Program-made: the position numbers and the translations under genes | The notes under the pieces: generated by a model | The model's input: only the letters and a program-made list of their open reading frames with translations | Told to the model about the DNA's origin: nothing | Databases searched by the model: none | Shown here: positions 1 through 10,300 of the stretch, piece after piece | Layout: each line of letters begins with the position of its first letter | Numbering within the stretch: the stretch's first letter is position 1 | NCBI GenBank assembly: GCA_037834085.1 | Contig: JBBMKC010216135.1 | Span: 1 to 34,537 of the forward strand | Source: Bipalium vagum | Taxonomy: Eukaryota | Direction of reading: 5' to 3' | Length of the DNA: 34,537 nucleotides

Positions 1-70
<70 letters not shown>
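1..70. repeat. (TAT)n microsatellite, running off the window start
   Basis: Perfect TAT repeat seen directly. Confidence 0.98.
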
Positions 71-72
<2 letters not shown>

Positions 73-419
73 ATTGAAAAGAATTAGAAATGAAAAAGTA
101 ATTGTTCAAACCCTCACGAAGGAAGCGCTAAACCTTTATCATTGTAACAATTGTGGAAGCAAATGATTCTCAACAATCGTCTTTGTTGATTTTAATTTGG
201 AGAGGAAATGTTTTCCTGGCACTGCATTCACTTCCTTTTTCATTTCTCTTTATAAAGAGGTCGAATGAAGGAACAATTATTATCTTTCTATTTTTACACT
301 TATCAGGAAATTATAATTATGATGATAATAATAATAATTACAGTGAGAAGATCCAGATTAATTATTATTTCAAAGAAGAGAAATATGTTCTGCTGACGAA
401 AGAAAGAATAAGTTTTATA

Positions 420-1050
420 CTTCGATTTTGTTGAGATTTGTTTCGATGTTTGCCACAATATTCTCAATGAATTTTTCGACAATCAATGTTTATGGCAATC
501 AAATCAAATGGTGTCACGGGCTTTCGAAAATGCGTCTACAACGTCCTTAATTTATCGTGCTGTGAAAAGAGAGCAATGATTTTACAAAATTGAATTCCAA
601 TGGAATGGTCACTTTTATATTCCTCAGCTGTCATTTGAATTAATATGAAGATAAGACCAAAGTGTGAATAATATCTTTCCGTAATTGATCGATACAAGAG
701 GTTTATCAGATTAATCGCGCTTTCAAGACAAGACCAGAAAGCAATAATGAGTTCAATTCAGAATGCATCTTTGTTTTGATGTTTGGAGCGTCTTGAGCAA
801 TTTATGTAGATTGTGGAAAAGGATCTGTCTCAAGGGCAACTATAATGTTCATAGAAAATATAGCAAGAGATTATTTTTCCAGTCCTTATCACCACTGATC
901 ATACGGATTGATTGAAGAACAATTTCGGACTGCAAAGGAACTGCTTGGAAAAGTCTGGAAATTGGAAGAATATACTTCAAGAGGTTGAGTTTACTTTGAA
1001 TTCAATTACCAAAAGTCTTTAAAATGCTCTCCATCAGAAAAAGCATTTTG
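420..1050 (+). mobile_element. Degenerate LTR-retrotransposon (Ty3/Gypsy-like) integrase core
   Basis: Manual translation across stops and frameshifts gives rve motifs in the right order: YLSVIDRYKRFIRL (~672), MFGAS*AIYVDCGK (~780), FSSPYHH*SYGLIEEQFRTAKELL (~875), WKNILQEVEFTLNS and KCSPSEKAF (~960-1050). No LTRs identified. Confidence 0.72.
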
Positions 1051-1859
1051 CAAAAACTGGAAATATGCGGGTCACAAAAAAGAAATCACAGACCAGGCTA
1101 TGTAATCGATATTGAGGAACTACAAGAAGACACTTCAGAATTGTAGAAGAAATCCTTGTAAGACTCTAACAGAGGCAAAGAAAAATCAAGAAAAATTTGA
1201 AATTCCTTTTGAAATTAATTTGAAAGTTCACAGAAAAAGATGAACTTTTTGTGATTCACACAATCTTCATATGATAGAAAAATACCAGTATTTTTTTTTA
1301 ATTTAAGAGGTGAAGAAATGTTATCGTAAACCGTTGAAAGTGAATATGTTTAGAATGTTTCTAAGACATCCGTTCAAGCCATTATCTCCCCATTTGTTAC
1401 AAAATGGTGGATTTGGATTTGAATAACAATTATTACCAACAAAAAGTTTGATTGTTTTGAAATACCTTTAAATCCAGCAACTGCAGCAAATTTAGGTAAA
1501 AATGGAAATTTAACTGTTTCTTTATTACAATCATCAAATGCCTTAGGTTTATCAGAAACAATTATAGTTTTAAATTGAAATTAAAATGTAATAAAATCAG
1601 GTGAAAATATAAATTTACAAAACAATTTCTATCCCTTTTGTTTTCTAATGTGACTTTAAAATAAGGTTCATCAGAAGTAGAAACAATTCAAAATTCAAGT
1701 CCATCAAAATCGATGTAATAATGATTGATAAAAATCATTATTGGCAAATATTTGAATGGATTTCAGATAGAAATAAAGAACAACAAACATTTACAAGAGA
1801 GTTTTCCCTGTCTGTAATTGTTAGTGAATTTTTGTAGTAATGGTTGATATCAGACAGAA

Positions 1860-2045
1860 TAATTGGTTAAAGGTATGATGCGCGATAATGTATGAAATAC
1901 TTTCATTCAATCAGTAACATAATTATATAATCCATAATGCATAATACGACATGTATTAAGGAATCACTCTGCAAAACGAGAAAAGCGTTGACCCTTACAG
2001 AAGTGCTCGAATGAAGAATGCTTTCTGGTCTTTCTGAAAATAATT
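1860..2045 (-). pseudogene. Third, decayed fragment of the ankyrin-kinase locus (linker exon plus adjacent intron)
   Basis: aattggttaaaggtatgatgcgcgataatgtatgaaata...gtattaaggaatcactctgcaaaa...cccttaca closely matches 26788-26926 in the same orientation and the reverse complement of 12223-12361. A deleted version of the EDRKALV linker exon follows (tgctcgaatga...aatgctttctggtctttctgaaaata). Confidence 0.85.
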
Positions 2046-4358
2046 ACTGACAGAAAAATCAGCAGTCACTATTAAAATCACTATTATTATTGAAACATGT
2101 GACTGGATGGAGTGTGACTGATAAGTAGAAGACTTCCAGGCTATAAATGATAAACGTTTTGTAATCCTTTCAGGGTCACGTCTCGATCGTAGAGAACTTA
2201 GGATTATGAAATGATTACAGCTTGACTATGAGATCTAATAAAGTTAACTTGTACGAGATTTCAAGTGACTAAAATGATGATGAAATGAGTTTCCCATTAC
2301 TCAGGTACCTTTGGTTGGAAAACCGAAATAAAAATATCGTTGGATTTGATGCAGAAATAACTGGAAACACTGATGCAAGCAAAGAAGATTCATTCAAAGA
2401 TTGTTCTGAGTCATTCAGAAAAACTTTAATGTTAAAACTAACTTCCATTTAAAGAGTCCAGGACAGAAAATGAATCCCGTCAATAACCAAGGCTTATTCG
2501 AATTTCTTCCTATTAATCAGTGATAACAGTTTGAAAATAGGAAATTTTCAATCGGACTCTATCTCGACGTGGAGATAGATTTTGATTAATCGCTATTAGG
2601 GAAAATAAATGTCTCTAAGCGTAGGGATTGGTGATCGTAGACTAATCTCTACGACTATAAAAAGAGGTGGTTATTCCCAGAAAGCCGCCCAGAAAATTAT
2701 TCAATTAAGTTTTAGTAGTCTTATATTCGTTGGAAAGCACATTCAAGACTTTTACGAAGAGGATTCATTGCCAAGCAGACTTTATTCAATATTGTCGCGA
2801 AGAGGATTATTCGAGAGATACAGGCTGCAGTAATGATTTTTAGTTCAACAAATATGAAATAGGATTATAAAAGTGGACCCCGCGAGTTTTGGGATCCCTA
2901 GGCATCTTGAGCCTAGTAGACGACCCGGGGACCCCTTTGTCGATTATGGTGAGAGTATCTTTAATTTCGTTTTTTATGATTAACAAAACCTTTATTTAGT
3001 CATTTTGAATTTGTGATTTTGGGTTATTTTTGTTTGTTTTTCTTTGATTTTGATTCTGAGACAATTTTCATTATTGATTTTAGACCTTTGACGAATTTGA
3101 TTGTGATTTTACGACAAATGAAGCGATTGTTTTTGCGTTACTCAATAAAGTTTTATTGTGACTTTTTTGATTCGGATAAAGTATTATTGTGCGAGTTTTG
3201 ATTCAAATCCAGTTTAGCTTTGTGCAGCGACAATAGAATTACGAACAGAACGCATTAAAGTGCTGGGGCGTAATCCTTTGCGAAAAAAATCGGTAAAAAA
3301 CCCATAATCTTGGACTAGAACTTTTGAAGTTATTATAATATAAGTTATTGTCATTGCCCCGCCCGTCCACACCAGCTAACAGCGAAACAAAAATATGTTA
3401 AAAAAAAGTATGTTAACGCTATTGTTTCCAAAGGACACGAAATTGGATGTAAACATAAATGTATGTTCACATGAGGTGAATAGACTTAATTTTCAGATCC
3501 ATGGACAAGAAAGTTATCAGTCTCATCGATCTCAAAGTGCCATATGATGAACGACCTTTTCTGATAGTCGTAGAAAAAACCATAAGAAATAAAAAGGGCT
3601 CACTGAGCAAATGGCACTTGAAACCCGCTACAAAATCGATATCTGTACAATTAATCTCGAGTGACACGGGTCCTGGGATCCAGAGAATGACTATGATTCG
3701 ACATGATTGCGTCTATTATCGTCCAATCATATTATATCTATCTAAATGCAGCTAAAGGTTGACAATCTTATTACATAAGAGCATTTTAATCTTTACCATT
3801 TTACAAAATATTATATTATGTATATTATTAACCAATAATAATGAAGTTCTCAAATTAAATAAATACCAAAATATAAAAAATTCCTTTAGTATATTGATTA
3901 GTTTTTTCGAATTGTTTTTCTTCAATGTTACCTTTGATTTTTATTTTGTTTCTTTTCTGAGTCAAAATTGAACGGAACACATGTTCACTTCACGTGCACA
4001 ATAATAATAATACGCAGAACGCGGTCCCCTTTATTTAATATTTGAAAACGGAACTCTGTTCTCCTTTTAAAATGTTTTCACCACGAGATTAATCAATTAT
4101 TTATGTAAAGACACGACAAACTTTGCTCAGAATTTTATTCAGCTTTGAAACTTTGAAAATTCATTTCGCGATTTAATTTGACAATTTAATCCTCACCGTC
4201 GCGTTTCGGTTACGGTTTAAATCTTGGAAACGTAATTTGAGACGTTTCGGTTTTATTGAAAAATAAATCTAATGTAAAATCAACAAAAAACGGTCGTTGT
4301 TTTAATTCTCTCTCTCATGCCCGCTCGCTTTCAAATATTGCTGTAACCCTGGTGATTT

Positions 4359-7300
4359 ATGACGACGTTGACTCAGAGTAAAAAGGTAAGTTAATCAAAT
4401 AACAAGGAATTTCAGTTGCAAATTGAAATGGAACACGTTTTCTGATACATTTCCACAGTTCTTTTGATCGATTTTTGTCATTTTGAATATTTGTGTCGCG
4501 GATGCTGATCGCTCGTCGTTTCCTTTCTCAAATAAAATATTATTTCTGGTAAGCTTTCAAGGATAATTTGATCTTTTGTGCAGAAAGGGACTCATCCAAT
4601 GCTTGCTGCCTGTGAGAAGGGAGAACTTCAAACAGTAAAGGCTTTGGCAGTAGATCCGCTCAATTTGGAAATATGTGGAGAGGTGATTTACATGGTTACG
4701 TGTCTTGGTGACTTTAAGAAATGGTATACATAGGACGACAGAAGACCTATTCATCTGTGCTGCAAGAAAGGTTTCTTTTTTATTGCTAAGTTCTTGATCG
4801 AAAGAGGTTGTGACGTTGAACCATGCGATAAAGTTATTGGGTCTTTCTCAAACGATATCTTTTAATAATCGATTCAGAAATATATGAAACCCATTCACTT
4901 GGCTGCAAGGAATGGTCATGTTGATATCTTCGAGCTTTTACTTGACAAAGGGTGTAATATTGAGATTACGGATGAAGTTATTAATTTGTACTCTAAAAGC
5001 ACTTTAAAATTGAGTTCAGTTTGGTAGGAAACCCATTCACTTGGCTACAGAAAATGGTCACATTGATATTGTCAAGATTTTATCTGACAAGGGTGCTGAC
5101 ATGGAGGCCTGTGACTGGGTATTCGAATAATCCTCTAAATAATTCAAAATTTTTGAAATAGACTCAAAACAAACCCATCCATGTAGCGGCGGAGCACGGT
5201 CATTTTAACATTTTGAAATTGTTGGTTGAGAAGAGTTGCCACATTGAAGCTTGTGACCGGGTAAGTGATAAACTTAGTGAAATAATTTATAAGAATCGGT
5301 TTAGAATGGGAGGAGGCCCATTCACTCAGCTGCAGAGAAAGATGATTTTGATATTGTCGAATTCTTAATAGAGAATGATTGTGACATTGAGGCCTGTGAC
5401 TGGGTGGGTGTTTTATTTATTGCCCATAAATGAGCTTTTAAAAAATATTAAGGAAAATAGGAGACCCATTCACTCAGCGGCAGAAAAAGGTCATTATAAC
5501 ATTGTAAAATTTCTCATTGAGAAGGGTTGCGACATTGATGCTCGTGACAAAGTTATTGATTTATTGTGATGTGAATAATTTTTGAAAATAAATTCAGAAT
5601 AAAAAGAGACCTATTCACTTAGCTGAAGAAAACAATCATATTAACATTGTGCAGTTCTTGATCGAAAAGGGTTGTGATCTTGAAGCTTGTGATTGGGTTA
5701 TTAATTTCATCTGAGCAAATATTGATCTATAATATGAAATTTAGGAAAAGAAAAGACCTATTCATTTGGCAGTAGAAGAAGGTAATGTTGATGTTATCAA
5801 ACTATTGTTTGAAAAGGGCTGTGACCTTGAGGCTTGTGATGAAGTTATTGATTTCATTAAAAATGGATTCTTAAGCTTGAATTTAGGGGAGAAAAAGACC
5901 AATTCATTTAGCTGAAGAAAATAATTATGTTAAGATCACCAAATTTTTAATAGAGAATGGATGCGACATTGAAGCTTGTGACAGGGTTATTAATTTCGTC
6001 TCAACAAATATTCCTTTAAAGTATGAAATTCAGGAAAAGAAAAGACCTATTCACTTGGCAGTAGTAAAAGGTCATATTGATGTTGTGAAGCTATTGTTTG
6101 AAAAGGGTTCAGACCTTGAGGCTAGTGGTGAAGTTATTGATTTCCTTTAAAATGGATTCTTAAGCTTGAATTTAGGAGAGAAAAAGACCAATTCATTTAG
6201 CTGAAGAAAATAATCATGTTAAGATTACCGAATTTTTAGTAGAGAGTGGATGCGACCTCGAAGCTTGTGACAGGGTTATTCATTTCGTCTCAACAAATAT
6301 TGTTTTATAATAGGACATTTAGAAGATGAAAAGACCTATTCATTTAGCAGTAGAAAGAGGTCATCTGACTGTTTTCAACCTTTTGATTGAAAGGGGTTGT
6401 AACATTGAGGCTTGTGATGAAGTTGTAAATTTTTTGTCGATAATTCACTTTAAAATTGAATTCAGAGTAATAGGAGACCTATTCACATGGCAGCAAAAGA
6501 GGGCCAACTTGATATTGTCAAGGTTTTGCTTGACATGGGTTGTGACATTGAGGCTTGTGACAAAGTTATTAGTTTGTTTTCAATCATTAATTTTGAGAAT
6601 GAGTTCAGACAAATAGGAGACCTATTCACTTAGCCGCAGAAACAGGTCATCCGGATGTCTTCAAATTCTTGTTTGAGCGGAGCTATTATACTGAAAGTTT
6701 TGACGAGGTTTTGATTTGATCGTAGTAAATGATCATTTGAACTTTATTCAGAATAGAGACAAAATAATTCACTTGGTCGCAGCAAATGGTCATCTTGATA
6801 TTGTTCAGTTTTTATTTGAGAAGGGTCATGATATTGAGGCTTGTGACAAAGTTATTGATTTTGCCTTAATAAATCATTTTAAATGGGATTCAGAATAAAA
6901 GGAGGCCAGTTCACATGGCAGCAGAAGGACATCTTAAAGTGATTAAGTTTTTATTGGACAAAGGTTGTGACATTGAGGCTTGTGACTCGGTTATTGATTT
7001 TGTTCGCAAGAAATAATGTTTAAAATTGAATTTAGAAAAATAGAAGACCGATTCACTTGGCTGCATCCACTTCTCGTCTTGATATTGTCAAATTTTTGTT
7101 TGAGAAAGGTTGTGACATTGAGGCTTGTGACTGGGATTTTGATATATTGATTTGTTCCCAAGAAATAATTTTTAAAATTGTATTAAGGATAATAGAAGAC
7201 CTATTCACCACGCTGTATCAAGATTTGGTCTTGATATTGTCAAATTTTTGTTTGAAAAGGGCTGTGACATCGATGCCCGTGACAACGTATTTGATTTGTT

Positions 7301-10300
7301 ATCAATAATCAATTTTTAAATATGAATTTAGTTTGGTAGGCGACCCATTCATTTTGCTGCGAAAAATGGGCATATTGACATTTTGAAGTTTTTAATTGAA
7401 GTCGGTAGTGACATAGAAGCTTGTGATTGGGTGATTGATTTGTTCTCAACGTATGATTATTAGCCGTTTCATTTAGACTAACTCGAAACCCATTCACTTG
7501 GCTGCGAGAAAAGGTCATCTTAATATTGTGAAATTTCTTTTTGAGAGGGGTTGTGATTGTGAAGCCCGTAACGAAGTTATTGATTTATTCTCAATGAAAT
7601 ATTTTTAAAGTGAGCTCAGAAAAACAAGAGACCTATTCACTTGGCTGAGGAAAATCGTCATCTTGATGTTGTCAAGTTCTTGTTTGAAAGGACCTCTAAA
7701 ATTGGAGACTGTGACTGGGTCTTTCAATTCTTCCTATTAAATAATGTTTAGAAATAATTTCAGAGAACGACACCAATTTACATCGGTTCAGAAGAAGATC
7801 ATGTAGATGATTTGAAGCGCTTATTTGACGGGGGATGTGATATAGGTGCTTGTGATGAAGTTAATGGTGTATTTTTTATTAGCAAATTGTAAAAGTAAGT
7901 TCAGAATGGTCGGAGACCCATTCACTTGGCTGCAGAAAGTGGCCATCTGGGTGCTGTGGAGTTCTTGTTTGAGAATGGTTGTGACATTGATGCTCACGAT
8001 AAAGTTTTCCATTTGTTTTTTCAAGAAATAATTTCTGTTTAAAATGAACTCAGATTGGAAGGAGTCCCTTTCACTTAGCCGCACAAAATGGCCACTTGGA
8101 TGTTGTGAAGTTCTTGTTTGATCACTTGTGTGACTTTGACGTCTGTGACAAAGTTATTCTCTTTTCTCTATGAAAATTTTATTCAAAATGTAATCAGAAA
8201 AATAGAAGACCCGTTCACTTAGCTGCAGCAAAAGGTCACGATGATGTTTTAAAGTTCTTGGTAGAGAAGGGATGTGACATTGTGGCTTGCGAAAAAGTTA
8301 TTATTTTATTCTCTAAATGGTATAATATTATGTTGGAACAAAAATAATGACCGTTTTCCAAAAATTGTTTCCGTATCAATAATTTTAGAATACATTTATA
8401 TTGGTAACTCTATTTCTAAGGCGCGTTCTCTGCTTAATAAAAAGGCGGTTAATTTTTTAAATGCACCAATTTATTTATCCATCTTAGAAGTTTTTACAAC
8501 TCCGATGGTTTTCTTACACAAATTCTAACCTGTTCATTATGGTGCAAAGCGACAAGAAACGTAATAAGACATTAATTGACAAAATGTTTCTGAAAAATTT
8601 AAGGAAAATGGTAGTAGACTTCAGTCAGCTAATGATGATTAGTTGAAAACAATGATCGAAGTAGACTCACTATAAGTTTCGAAACACCAAAGTTCATCAT
8701 ACATGCGATATTTGAACAAAGTTTTCAAGGTTAAGATGGACCAATTGAACGAAAATCATAGGTTACTGCCGTTATGATATCTATTCCAGATATCTTTTGC
8801 TCAACAGAAACGCATCGTTTCCTGATCGTATCATTACGTTTAATGGAAATGGTTGTTGTGGGATATTGTGTAATGACTTCTGGATAATGGTTGGATCATG
8901 AAATGTGTTAAGATCATTAATGTCTAAAGGCATGTCTAAATATTGTAAATAGATGTAATGCACAAAAATCTTCTGCGACAATAAGTAGCGTTAGTTAACA
9001 AAAATGTCCTCTATTACTTCATGATAACGCTCGACCTCTCAAAGAAAACATTACTTGACAAAAATTTTATAACTATGGGTTATACCCTTCAACCCCCTCA
9101 CAAATTTAAATATTCAAGAAGTTGGGATGATTTATGCATCAGAAACAGTTGAAAAATGAAGGGTATGTGCAACACTCCTTATTGAAACTTTTCGCTATTA
9201 GAATCCCGTGTTTCTAAGGAATTGGTATAATTATGGTCATTTCACGTTGGAAGCCGTCTATTCCTTCCATTGGGTGATACTTTGATTAATAAAGCTCTGT
9301 TTGAACTGAGTTTTTGAATTTGAAAATATTAAAAAAAAAATAAAAAACGGTCACTTTATTTGCGCCCACCCACTTACCAATTATAATTTTAAAACTAAAT
9401 TCAGTCTGGAAGGAGTCCCGTTCATTTATCTGCTCAAAATGGACATTTGGATGTTGTGAAATTCTTATTTGATCATGGATGTGATATAGAGACATGTGGC
9501 GAAGTTGTTGATTTATTCTCAATTATTGATTTTTCACAAAATGGTTCAGAATGGTCGGAGACCCATCCACTTGGCTGCGGAAAAAGGTCATCTTCATATT
9601 GTCAATTTTTTGTTTGAGAAGGGTTGTGACATTGATGTCCATGATGAAGTTATTGATTTGGTCTCACAAAATAATTTTTGAATTGTGATTTCAGTATGAC
9701 TGGACACCAATCAAGTTGGCTGTGGAAAACGGTCATTTGGATGTTGTCAGGTTTTTATTTGGCAGGGAATGTGACATTGGAGGAGGAGGTAGAAAGGTAT
9801 TTTCTTTCTCAGTAAATAATTTCTTAAAGGTAATAAAGTACAATTGGAGACCCATTCACTCAGCTGCAAGAAAAGGTTATCTAAATATTGTCCAGTTCTT
9901 AATAGAGAATGGTTGCGATATTGAAGTCTGTGCGTTGGTTCGTTATTGATTCTGAATGGATGATTTTTTAAAATCAATTTCAGTTTAATAGAAAACCTAT
10001 TCATTTTGCTGCACAAAGTGGTCATATTAATATAGTGAAGCTTCTGTTTGACAAGGGTTGTGATGCTGAGGCTCGCGATAAAGTTATTGATTTGATCTCG
10101 ATGAGCAAATTTTAAAAAAATTTCAGTTTGGTAAAAAACCCATCCATCTGGCTACAGAAAACGGTCATCTTGATATTGTCAAGTTTTTGTTTGAGAGTGG
10201 TTGTGATTTTGATGATTGTGACAAAGTGATTAATTGATTTTCAATAATAATTTTTAAAAATTCATTCAGAATAGCATCCGGCCCATTCACATTGCTGCTG

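Noticed and set aside
1-70. Telomeric repeat
   Set aside because: It is a simple TAT microsatellite, and similar short tracts occur elsewhere in the window (e.g. ~14537-14570).
3411-3764. Possible solo LTR (TGTTAAC...GTTGACA) and overlapping ORFs 3467-3755
   Set aside because: No TSD, no second copy in the window and no recognisable protein motif.
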